Translations under genes and position numbers: made by a program | Notes under the pieces: generated by a model | What the model saw: only the letters and a program-made list of their open reading frames with translations | The model's database searches: none | Told to the model about the DNA's origin: nothing | Shown here: positions 1 through 11,235 of the stretch, piece by piece | Layout: every line of letters starts with the position of its first letter | How positions within the stretch are numbered: position 1 is the first letter of the stretch | Assembly (NCBI RefSeq): GCF_006345805.1 | Contig: NC_042999.1 | Location: forward strand, 109,182,001-109,246,000 | Origin: Octopus sinensis | Taxonomy: Eukaryota | DNA length: 64,000 nucleotides | Direction: 5' to 3'

Positions 1-410
1 CAGACTGATAATTTTAGCATTGGAAACAATAATCTTTAAGGTTTTCATGCCCTCTTTATGATAAAATGTAATTCAATTGCATATAGCCCCTTTTCAACAA
101 AGTCTTTGTTAACCTTGCTGAATATTTGATACATTTTATTCATTGATAATTCTTCTTGAGTTAATGGAGGATTAAATTCTGATAGTTTATTTCTTGATTG
201 ATTCTTCCAAAATATGTTTTCCACCCTTGACTAATTATGTTTTTGTTGAATGATTTGACTTGTCATAAATGTGGAATTTGGTCTATATCAATTATTTCTT
301 TTTATACTCCTTCTTTTGCAAGTTCATCTGCTTCCTTGTCTGCCATAATATCTGTATGATAGGTTTCCAAATCCTTGTTACTTGCTCATGCAGTTTCTGT
401 TAAATAATTA
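1..410 (-). mobile_element. Degenerate non-LTR retrotransposon fragment, RNase H plus downstream Cys region
   Basis: Minus translation with a frameshift gives VTRIWKP/HTDIMADKEADELAKEG, resembling the RNase H motif W-x-P-x-H-x-G-I-x-G-N-E-x-A-D-x-L-A-K-x-G, followed by ...GYMQLNYILS*RGH...CFQC with stops. Confidence 0.55.
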
Positions 411-454
411 ATTTTAGAATCTTCTCAATTTTTTCAATCTGACCTCTTTTCCTT

Positions 455-615
455 TACATACAAACATACATACATACATACATACATACATACATACATA
501 CATACATACATACATACATGCATACATAAATACATGCATACATACATACGTACATACATACATACATACATACATACATACATACATACATACATACATA
601 CATACATACATACAT
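455..615. repeat. (TACA)n microsatellite
   Basis: Direct inspection; about 40 units with few interruptions. Confidence 0.97.
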
Positions 616-1516
616 GTATTTTCACAAAGTAATTGTAATACTATATTTTGTATTTATATTTTTTAAACAAGTTCTTTCCAAAACAAAAAAAATCCTAGCA
701 GTAATTATTAACAATAATTTGTTAAAATATTTGGCATTGTTTGCTGACAAGCATGAGAAAGCCTTGAATGTGACATTTACTATTTATTGTTAGATGGTCT
801 CTATGATGACTTAGGTTGAAGAGGAATAAATACTGGACATTGAATTGACTAAATAATGATACTTTTCTGTTGAGATATTTTAGACAAAATGAAAACATCC
901 AAACATAGTTAATAAAGCTGATATAATTCTTACTGCAAGGAATAAATCTGAATGGAAATTACAGTTAGGGAAGTTTAAAAGAAAATGCTTTTAATGTTAT
1001 AAGAATCCTTCCGAAGAAGAGATTAAATGGGATAATTAATACAGCATAGATATATACAAATGTTAAATTTCTACATATCCTTTTAATGCATTTATGTTGC
1101 TCACAACATTGGATGGAGAAAGTAAATTTCTGATGTTGAATATGATATTGATTGCAACATTATTCCACAAAATATCTCCCATTATGTTTTGTATTTCAAA
1201 AAGTTCAAACACATCTTGCATATTAAATAACATAACTGGGATTTAAGTTTTGCTTATCAGTTCTGAATCATTTTGAATTAAATCAATTTTCTATTATATT
1301 TATAAGCATGCTTATTGTAAGCACTTACACATAGATACAGAGACACAAATACACATTTGCGCAAATATATACATACACATATATGTGTGTATAATATGTA
1401 CACACTTACACACACACATACATAATTTTTTTAATCAAATACGTCTGAAAGAAAAGCCAATCCCCATTTATATATAAACTTTTATACATTTGTACATGCA
1501 CATGCAAATATGTGTG

Positions 1517-1553
<37 letters not shown>

Positions 1554-1603
1554 ATGTGTGTGTGTATGTGTGTGTGAACATATGTGCATTTCACTTTATT
1601 CAG

Positions 1604-1666
1604 ACTTGAAGACTGTTTACAACACATAAATTTGCAAGAAATTTCCTACCCTTTCCCCAGAAATAG
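1604..1666 (+). CDS. Putative coding exon of an unidentified host gene (phase 2-2): LEDCLQHINLQEISYPFPRN
   Basis: Acceptor ttcactttattcag|, donor tag|gttaga, 63 nt, only one frame open, phase-compatible with the next two candidates. No homology recognised. Confidence 0.45.
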
Positions 1667-1753
1667 GTTAGAAATTTCATGTAATATTTTTACATAATTT
1701 TGGATTATGGCTTTAAAATACAACATAGACATTCTGTTGTGTTCTTGTAACAG

Positions 1754-1835
1754 ATGCCTTATTCCACATTCTCCAATCTACCTGAGTGATGTATTAATAG
1801 CAGTTTCATCTTATACTAAGTTGATGTGTGAGGAA
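1754..1835 (+). CDS. Putative coding exon (phase 2-0): (R)CLIPHSPIYLSDVLIAVSSYTKLMCEE
   Basis: 87-nt intron upstream, acceptor gttcttgtaacag|, donor gaa|gtgcgt; continues the previous frame without a stop. Confidence 0.45.
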
Positions 1836-2159
1836 GTGCGTGCATGTAAAACATTTTCTCAGAGAATTGTCTAGATTTTATAATGCAAATATATATACAT
1901 ATGCGTGTGTTTGTGTGTGTGTATTATATACACATATATGTAGTATACACACACAGACACACATATATAAAATAGAAAATATGCTGATAGTTAAAAACAA
2001 AAAAAACAACAAAAACAAACATATTAATTCAAATACTCATTAATTGAGGAGTAAAGGGAAATGTGGAAATAACAGAAAACTTATCAGTTTAAGAACATCT
2101 AAAGTATTCTGAAGCAGTTATTTGGTTTTTTAAAACATTTCACAACTGCTATCTTTTAG

Positions 2160-2289
2160 ATATTTCATGGTGATTCTTTGTTTAATGGCTTAAAACAAAA
2201 TCTCAGTGAGCAGAAATACTTTCATGGTATGCTTGTTTCATCCTGCTGTCTATCCATTGATAGACTTGCACATCTAAACCAAAACACAG
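2160..2289 (+). CDS. Putative coding exon (phase 0-1): IFHGDSLFNGLKQNLSEQKYFHG..., alternative donor after 2226
   Basis: Acceptor ctatcttttag|; only frame 0 is open (43 codons); donors atg|gtatgc (2226) or cag|gttaat (2289), both phase 1. Confidence 0.42.
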
Positions 2290-2326
2290 GTTAATTTATT
2301 ATGTAAGTTGTTATAATAAATAAAGA

Positions 2327-2475
2327 AACATGGTCAAGTAGTTTGAATGTTGAGCCCATGATTGTAAGGTCAAGAGTTTAATTCCTGGGCTGAGCATTCC
2401 ATTGTGTCCTTGAGTGAGGCACTTCATTTCACATTGCTCTGGTTTACTCAGTAGAAAATGAGTACCAACTGAATA
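2327..2475 (+). mobile_element. tRNA-derived SINE, family C (CORE/Meta-like centre), degenerate 5' part
   Basis: Similar to the fuller copy at 23995-24342 (gagtgaggcacttcatttcacattgctc...aaatgagt). Confidence 0.6.
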
Positions 2476-2549
2476 CTACTGCTGTTCTTTCTCTCTCCAT
2501 TTGTAACGTCCTTGGTGTTCTACTGAGTTAAGAATGGAATGACTGAGAG

Positions 2550-3777
2550 TAGATGTTGTCTGCTCATGACTACACAGGCATCTACAAAATCTAGTGAAAA
2601 TACAATACAAGCTACCACTGGTGACTTACTTTTCTCTATTATTCACCACAGAACTCCTGCCTTAAAGAAATTTGGTGAAAATAACGACCATGTTTTGTAC
2701 GCATATTTTTTCTTAAAACTAATCAATTATGTGACCCCTCCATCTCTCATCCATAATTTTGGTAGCTTCCTATCAGTTCATATTATCATTAAATGTGCTG
2801 CCTGAAGTGCTTATGTCAGTCATTCTGTCAACTTCACTATGCCCCAGGGTTCAGTTTTGTCACCCACTCTCAACTTTATATTAATGACTTACTCATTGCC
2901 CCAACCAGCAGATGTAGATGGCCCTGTCTTTGATTCCTTCCTAACATTATCCAACCATGCATCATCCACATGCAGTCTAGACACTGCATGTCAAATCTGC
3001 ATTGGCTACATTGACTACAAGACCTTCCATTGAGGATATATTGATCTTGTCTCTTTCAGTAACAAGAAAACACAAACACTCCTCATATCAAGAAAACATC
3101 ATTGCACTGCACACCCTTTATCAAGAGTGATTCTTAATCAGGAGCTTCACAATCATTCCAGCGATTGGGTCTCTCTATCACTGAATATCTCTTCTGGCAA
3201 AAGCATATCCTTAATATAGCCAGCACCACATCCCAACAACTGAGCTTTCTCTTCTCATTCTGAGGATACTTCAGACCCCACCAATAATTCAAACTTCTAT
3301 GAAATTCTGGTGTGGTCCACAATGAATATTGCTTTTACACCTGAAATATTGTCATTACTGATGCATAAATAAACATCCTAGACTGCATCCAGAAAAGATC
3401 ACTTGATTGATTAGCATGAAGTTAGTCACGTACATGCTCCAAGCTTTGGTCTCAGGTATGTTGCTATGTCTCTCTGCTTGTTCTACCATTATTATGATAG
3501 TGCTGGCTGAACTCAGACCACTCCAGCACTCCTATCTTACTTGCCTTTCCTCCTCTCATCACTCTTGTTGTGTCCAATCCCCAAAGCCAAAATGTGAACC
3601 ATTATGCCCAATCCTTTCTTTCAAGAATGTCATCCCTCTGTAATTCCATATTAGCTCTGTCATTCCTGCAGATGTCAACTTACAAAGGTTCATGAGGAGC
3701 ATTAACGACATCAATCTCACTAATCTAGGACAACCTGTGAATGCCATGAACATTGTCTCTTCCTTCAAATCCAGCAA
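2550..3777 (+). mobile_element. Degenerate CR1/Jockey-group LINE, RT and C-terminal region
   Basis: Broken translation shows TGDLL, PQGSVLSPTL, YINDL, LVSFSNKKTQ, LDCIQKR, SLCLFYHYY, HYAQSFLSR; multiple stops and frameshifts. Confidence 0.8.
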
Positions 3778-3861
3778 GTAAATAAGAAAATTTCAAGAAA
3801 CTGAATAACAAGCTAATAAACAAAATATTCTTCTATCAAAATGATGTCCCTACTAATGAAA

Positions 3862-4055
3862 ACTTTTTTGGATAATTGCACAAAGCCATAAATTTCTACA
3901 TTTTTGGGTAAAGGTGAATAAATTGATCTTAGTATATTATTGCACTTAAAAATGAAAGGGAAAGCAAAATCTAGTGCAATTTGAACTCAGAGAATTCAAG
4001 CAAGAAATTAAATGCTCAGGTTCTGTTTTGTGAGGCATTTTACCTTTACCGACAT
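3862..4055 (-). mobile_element. SINE family B, degenerate
   Basis: aatttgaactcagag and aaagcaaaatctag match the reverse complement of family B copies such as 26478-26712. Confidence 0.6.
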
Positions 4056-5386
4056 GCTCACTTCTAAATCATTAAGTACATCACAACGATATAATCAATA
4101 TTACTTTCTTCATTTTTAAAGTATGTAAAATTATGTTCAGGTGTTATGAAGAAGATAATACATATGCACAACATGGAAACTCAATTCAGATAAAAGTATA
4201 TTTATTATGATTAAGAAAAATTGAAATATTTTACATGAACAAATATTGAATTATATTCAGAATTATCAAATTATATATGTAAAACTAAGCAGTAAACATT
4301 TTTTGCTTTCATTTTTAATTATTTTCTAATAATGAATTCAAATTATTTCTATGTATTCTGATTTCTATTAATGATAGCTCTGAATTGTGTGTGATCTTAA
4401 TGGTGTAGAATCTTATAATAAACAAAGCTTGGGCATATTAATTTGTTGTGAGAAGGAACTAAAGTTTAAGCATGTATCACAAAATAATCTGTGAGACATT
4501 TATAGAGAAGATTTACTGTAAAACTAAGTTGCTTTGTTAAAAAATAAATTTTTATTGTAATATTTTTAATCATAAACTTTCTAAATCAACAACTGTCTTG
4601 ACCTTAATTGAAACTATGAAGATAATTGTTTGTTTTATTGTTGGACTTGACAGATGTTTTACAAAATTATGAAAAGTTTATCTCATATACTGTACAACAT
4701 AACTGAATGTAAACATATATGTCTGCATTTATAATGATCTAAAATAATATTTATAATAAGGTACAATTCTAGTATGTAACACAGAAACTAATTCACCCTT
4801 TAGATTAAGCAGCAAGAGAAGATATTTTTTTAAAATTATGGAAAGTAAAATTACTTGTAGAAATCTGTTTATAAATTCATAGAAATTTGACTACATAGTT
4901 ACTGATCTATGTAATTATCTTCCAACCTATCTATCTTACACTCATCCTTCATTTTTAAAAGATGACCAAAACTCCACCTCATACACCACAACAATGGAGA
5001 ATGCAGCTGTGCAGGCAACTGAAGATTAATTATTGCTTCCACCTGTACTACACATTCTGTGTAATGGAACTTACAAAAATGGTAGTATTTCACTGTTATA
5101 GATGTAAATGATACTTTAATTACTACAATCAAGGGTCTCTTGTGTGTTAATTAAAGAAGTTAAGGTTCTGACTTGCACTAAATTTGGCTTGTAAGGAGGG
5201 AGGGCCATGTTGAAAACCCAACCTTACTTGTTCATCCCTAAATTTGTGTACATGTGGCAAGGCTGCTAAGATGACTGGGTGTATATCGGAAATGCAGTAG
5301 AATGACCCAGATGAACTGTGTTTCTCATTGTCTTACAATAATATTACTGGATACAGTTCTATATTTAAGAGATGAAGAATTATGTA

Positions 5387-5489
5387 CATTATTTACATTC
5401 AACGGATATTTGTCCTCATCTTGCTTGCTGTTAACATTGTGTTAACAACAAACAAGATGAGGACAAATATCTGTCGAATGTAAATAATG
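5387..5489. repeat. Near-perfect 50-bp inverted repeat with 3-nt loop
   Basis: Arms 5387-5436 and 5440-5489 differ at 4 of 50 positions. Confidence 0.93.
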
Positions 5490-6096
5490 AATATTGCTGG
5501 ATATCACCTCTTAGCTCTTTGAAATAAGTGGCTGATAGGGTTCCCTTTAAGCAAGTCACCAAAAACTCAGTTTTTTTATGTATCTTAAGCTTTTTACATT
5601 ATATATGCTGTGTGTGTGTGGTTGTTTAGCTAACTGTTCATCTGCTTGTTATGTTTTTGTTTTTGTTTCTGTTAATGGTGGTTGTTCTATGTTATTGTTG
5701 AACCTGAGATAAGTGATGACAGAACTGGTCTATGTTCAAAGGCACTCCAGTTGCGACCACTCTGCCTTATTTTAAAGCTACGTGGGTATAATTGGTGAGA
5801 GATTTGGCTGCCATTTCTAGCAGGGTGGACAATCATGTAAAGGATCCATTATTAGCTCAAATGGCAATGTTATTCTTTATATAAGTAAGATGTCTTTAAG
5901 GAGAACAAAATATCAATTGTGACACTCATTTCTCAAAAAATTTACCAATATATAGAATGATATTGAGTTAGAAGTGGATTTAGTTTGTTGAGAAATTAAT
6001 ACTGCAACACATGATCAAAAGTGTGGCTTTCACTCCCATCCCAGTACTCCAAAATATTTTTTCCACAAATTCTTTAAACTTTAAAGAATTTTTTTA

Positions 6097-6207
6097 AAGC
6101 TACTTAAACCAACTATGTGGTTTTGGGGTTCTATCTCAATGTGTAACACCTTGGGTAAGTACTTTCTGCTGGAATTTGATAGATGGAAACTGTATGGAAG
6201 TCCGTAG
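6097..6207 (+). mobile_element. SINE family A, degenerate 5' fragment
   Basis: caccttgggtaagtactttct and gatagatggaaactg match family A. Confidence 0.55.
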
Positions 6208-8718
6208 GAGGTGCACTGTTTCTTGACGGTAGACTTAATCCATTACCTACTTTAATGCAACTATCTTGTCTGTGGGTGCCTTTAGCAAAATCTACTCTTG
6301 CAAGCATTCAGTTCAGGTCTCTCTTCTGAGAATAACTTCTTCTCTTCTTACCACCTACCTCTGAGACCGTTCCTTCTCTGGTAAAGTAAAAAACTAAATT
6401 AAGAAGAAATTATGTTAATTAAGCAGTTTGTTAAGATATTCAGTGTTTTCTTTCATGATTCTCTTTCATACCAATATCTGTGACACAAATACCTTAATGA
6501 TAAAACATTTTAAGTTTTTGATATCTTACTGTAAGGGTATTGTTATCATTATGATATTATTACCTTATTAAGTTTCTGAGACACTGAAAATTCAAAGCTT
6601 TGTTTTAACATTCATTGTATTCAAATGTATTCAATATCTTCATCTTTCTTTAGTTTGGTGCTCTGAGTTCATATGCACTAAGAAACTATGTGTGAATCTA
6701 TTCATATACACTAAGAATCTATGTGTAAACCATGTCACTTAGCAAAATTGCAAGCAGAAACTAGAGAGGATGTTTCCAAACTGCACTCTGTCATACATTG
6801 ATTTAAGATTAACTCTTGCAATCCATTCTTAATTCTGGAAGAATCATGACAGAATGATGCAGGCAAAGGATATATGGTGTATATGAAATATATATATATA
6901 CACACATTCACTCATATACACCACACAAACACACCAAATTTTAACACATTTGTGTGTACATGTATACATATTCACACACATACATATACATACATGTATG
7001 TGTGTTATTTCTTTTATGTGTTTTGGAGAAGTTCCAATGTTTTAAATCAAAACTTTTCTTAAGAAATTCTGAAGAAAAAAATTCTTTGCTCTACATTGAG
7101 TCCTTCAGTGTCTGATAAGGCTACTTAATCTTCAGATTATGACAACCAATGCAAGATATATATATTTATTAGACTCAAGTAATAATGAAATGTATAAGGC
7201 ATCAAGCTTCTTTCAGTGTGCTCAACCTGTCACAGTTCTTCCCACATCTGTCCAACTGGTCCTTGTGTATTTGAAATCTTCCTGAAATAGCTAGTGCCAT
7301 GTGTTTCAGGGACAGTCCTTATTCCTGTCTTCCATTTTCTGATGTCCCCCCTTGTTTTTAGTATAGACTAAGGTTTTGATGTCCCCTTCTTTTTAGTATA
7401 GACTAAGGAATAAAAAGTATCAATAAATGTAACCTAGAAGATAAATCTCAAAGTTTTCTGTACTTATTTTCAAACTTCATAAAATAAGTCAACAAATAAA
7501 TAAATAGAAGTAAAAATCAATATTAAGAAACTTACTGTTAATTCTCAGATATAACTTATGTTGTAGTGTAATCACGATATATTGTTCAGTTTCAAAGTCT
7601 GATTTTAATCAAATAGTTTATTGTAAAACATAGTTAATATGCTTTGAGATTTTCTTACTTGACTCAACATATTAATTAGAACAAATAATATTTTTCTTTA
7701 TTTTATTCAATGCTTTTTTTTCTTCTGAAAGTTTAAATCATTTCATAAAATTCTTTTAATGGTTTCTTATGATATTCATTCTAATAATCTTGTAAATTTT
7801 AATCTGAAATTATTCTTAAACTACTGTTTATTCAGCTAAGGAAATAAACATGTAAGGAAACAAAGATATTAAAACAATATATAATCATTTCATACAAGAT
7901 TTTCAAAGTCATAAAATATAAATACAAATATAGCCTGCCTGAAGGTACTTATTTGTTAACTGATGTTGTTACAAAGGGTTTTGTACTTCAACTGTAACTC
8001 TAGTGTACCCATATATTAAATGTTAATTGTTGTGGATTAAAAGGATTGATTTTTAGGTCTTCAAACATTTGAGACTAGCTTTTGGCTAAGACTCAATATA
8101 GATAGTGAACTCTAAGAAATATAATGTTTAGACATACATAAATATTTGGTGTACTGTGCTGAAGTATTTCTATATTATGTAGTGCCCACGGGCTTTTTAA
8201 GATTTTCGCAATTGGAAGATTAGGACACAGGAATAACAATTATGCCAAGAATGAATACTTTGAATTGTTGTAAATGGGAAGGAAGATATGTGCTGCAGTG
8301 AGATATTTCTAGGAATATTCTATGACCTCTGGAGAAATAAGTGCATTAAGTAGATGTAGATTGTGATGACATAAAAATTGGAAGTTCAGGGAAGTGGCAC
8401 TCACTATGGGAGCGGCAGCAAAAGTAGAGGTAGTAGTAGTAGTAGTAGTAGTAGTAGGAGTAGTAGTTAAAAAAAGGAATATGCAAAAGAAATTTAGTGC
8501 ACAAAAAAATTTAATTACTCAAGAATGTTTATGATTGGAAGATTTCCTATTAAATTAGTAGCATTTTCTTAGACATAATCTAGAATATATGTCTATGTAT
8601 GTGAAATACATCTTGTTATGAAACATATTTTATCTCTTATAAAATGTAAGAAAGTTTTCAAACGGTGATTTTGATTTCTAAATGGAGATATTGCCTAACT
8701 TATACACATACTGATATG

Positions 8719-8778
<60 letters not shown>

Positions 8779-8844
8779 ATGCATGAGTGTGTGTATGTGT
8801 GTGTATATATATATATACACACACACACATATATATGCATATAT

Positions 8845-9255
8845 CTTTTATCTTTTACTTGTTTCACTCATTAGATTGTGGCCATGATGGGGCATCAGCT
8901 TGAAGAATTTTTAGTTTAGTGCATCGGCCCCAGTACTTATTTTTTAGAAAACCTGGTACTTATTCTACTGGTTTCTATTGCTGAACCGCTAAGTTATGAG
9001 GATGTAAACACACCAGCTCCTGTTGTCAAGCAGTAATGGGGGTGGGCGGGCAAACACAGAGACAAAGACACACACACTAGGTACACACATACAATGAGCT
9101 TCTTTCAGTTTCTGTCTACCCAATCCACTCACAAGGCTTTGGTTGGCCCAAGGATATAGCAGAAAACACTGGCCCAAGATATCACATAGTGGGACTAAAC
9201 CTAGAACCATGTGGTTGTGAAGCAAACTTCTTACCACACAGCCATGCCTCTGCCT
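8845..9255 (-). mobile_element. tRNA-derived SINE family A, full length
   Basis: Reverse complement has Pol III A-box-like tggctgtgtggtaag and B-box-like ggtttagtccc, a central (CA/TA) tract and a (AAAAG) tail. Confidence 0.85.
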
Positions 9256-9275
9256 GTATGTATATATATATGCAT

Positions 9276-9580
9276 AGGAGTAGGCGTGTGGTAAGAAGCT
9301 TGCTTCCCAACCTTATGGATCTGGGTTCTGGGTTCAGTTCCACTGCATGGCACCTTGGGTAAGTGCTTTCTACTATTACCTCAAGCTAACCAAAGCCTTG
9401 TGAATGGATTTGGTAGATGGAAACTAAAAGAAGTCTGTTGTGTATATATATATGTGTGTGTGTGTGTGTGTTTGTTGCTTGTGTCTGCGTTTGTGCCCCC
9501 ACCATTGCTTGACAACCGATGTTGGTATTTATGTCCTCATCACAAAGCAGTTTGGCAAAAGAGACTGATAGAATAAGTGC
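9276..9580 (+). mobile_element. tRNA-derived SINE family A, 3' truncated
   Basis: gtgtggtaagaagcttgcttcccaacc...ggttcagttccactgcatggcaccttggg; head-to-head with the previous copy. Confidence 0.85.
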
Positions 9581-9619
9581 AGAAAAGCAAATAAAGAATA
9601 TATATAATTCTTTAACTTT

Positions 9620-9990
9620 TTAATCAGTTTCAGCTTGAAAGCTGTGGTCATGCTAGGGCACCACTGTTGGCTGTGCTACTCCATTATTTGAAATCTCTTT
9701 TTATATGTGGCATTTGGTGAATGAAGGAGTTTGATGCTGCTGCCCTCATCTATGTTTCCTGCCGTGAGGTAGGCTCATCTAGAACTTTTGACAGGAGGAG
9801 ATCCAGGTTTGTTTTGAAAACATTCATATCCACACAATTCAGGTCTCTCAATCATTTTGGAAGTATTCAGAAAAAAACAAAGCACAAAGAAAGGTGAAGG
9901 AACAACAAGACGGTGTATTAGTTTGATGCTTGGGAAGAATAGGAAAGCTTTTGATGTTTCAAGCCTATGGTCTTTGGCAGAAAGTAGGGA
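9620..9990 (-). mobile_element. CR1-like LINE 3' end relic
   Basis: Minus translation with a frameshift near its start gives LRDLNCVDMNVFKTNLDLLLSKVLDEPTSRQET*MRAAASNSFIHQ, resembling CR1-type ORF2 C-termini. Confidence 0.65.
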
Positions 9991-10024
9991 TTAAAAGTAT
10001 AACATGATGACATATATATATATG

Positions 10025-10058
<34 letters not shown>

Positions 10059-10079
10059 TGTATGTATAAAGATTGTAGA

Positions 10080-10175
10080 TCTTTAGCTGGGCTAAATAGT
10101 CACATTCGATCACAGCACCAGTAACAGTTAAGCTTCGTGCAATGGCCATACTTGATAACGAGGGGGCAGCCATCA
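10080..10175 (-). repeat. Dispersed repeat, inverted relative to the copy at 58170-58247
   Basis: cacattcgatcacagcaccagtaacagttaagcttcgtgcaatggccatacttgataacgagggggcagccatc is the near reverse complement of 58171-58245; both abut microsatellites. Confidence 0.8.
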
Positions 10176-10450
10176 TGTATAAAGATAAATTTCCAAATTT
10201 TGGTTGGTAGGGATATAGAATCCAAGTGGGCTGGTAGGGATAAAGAATCTGAGAGGGAAAGAAGGGTTGCTTTCCTTTGTTTGAGGGGTCAACTGTACCT
10301 GTGTGTTTTATATGTTGTCTAGTCTGCAAACAGGGAAGACAACATTTCAAAAATTTTCTATCATGTTAGCAGCATCCAAAACGTTTTTCTTTTGGGGTTC
10401 AAAGAGGCACCCAGAGCATGCAATTTTTTTAAAGATTATTTTGTTCTCAG

Positions 10451-10484
10451 TTAAGTATGGTTTGCACCATCTGCTTCCATTGAG
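10451..10484 (+). CDS. Possible small exon (phase 1-2): (V)KYGLHHLLPL
   Basis: Strong acceptor attttgttctcag| and donor gag|gtatgg; phase fits the 2160 exon. Such short candidates also arise by chance. Confidence 0.28.
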
Positions 10485-11108
10485 GTATGGTTCAGGTTGT
10501 TCTCTTTTTTTTTTTTGACTTATGGACAAATATTCTATAATGTATATAAATAGCCAGCTATCAATCATACTTAATGTAAATACATTATTAAAAGGCAATT
10601 TACTGTGATATTCATCCAAAGATAACATCTTTTATGGACATGCTAAGTTTAAAAATGCAATATATTTCGGAGGGATATGAAAAATCATCCCAACAGTTGC
10701 CAATGAAAATGATAAATACATTTCAGCCTTGGTGGCCCTTATCATACTCAGAACCATAGTTTGGAAAGCAAACTTAATTTCTTGTATCTACTCCTTGATT
10801 TATTTATTTATATATTTACTTGTTTACAGATTTATTTCATTTTTAAAAAATCTGTTTATTAGTTAAAGTAAATCAGTAAGATAATTTAATCTCTTTAAAA
10901 ATGTTAGCAATATGCTTTGGTGACTGTTTGATTAGAATGTGTTTCACTTATCATTCTAATCAAAAGTATTGTTTATTATTTTTAATTCCCTTTATTATTT
11001 CTAATGTTCTTTCTTAGCTATTTGATGTTTTCCTTCTATTTACTGTTGTTCAAAGTTTTATTAATAAGATATATGCATATATGTGTGTATGGGTGTGTGA
11101 GCGTGTGC

Positions 11109-11141
<33 letters not shown>

Positions 11142-11185
11142 CACATATATATGTATATAAGTACGTATATCTGTATGCATGTATG

Positions 11186-11235
<50 letters not shown>

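Noticed and set aside
7341-7408. Two-copy ~37-bp tandem duplication
   Set aside because: Ordinary local slippage with no further structure.
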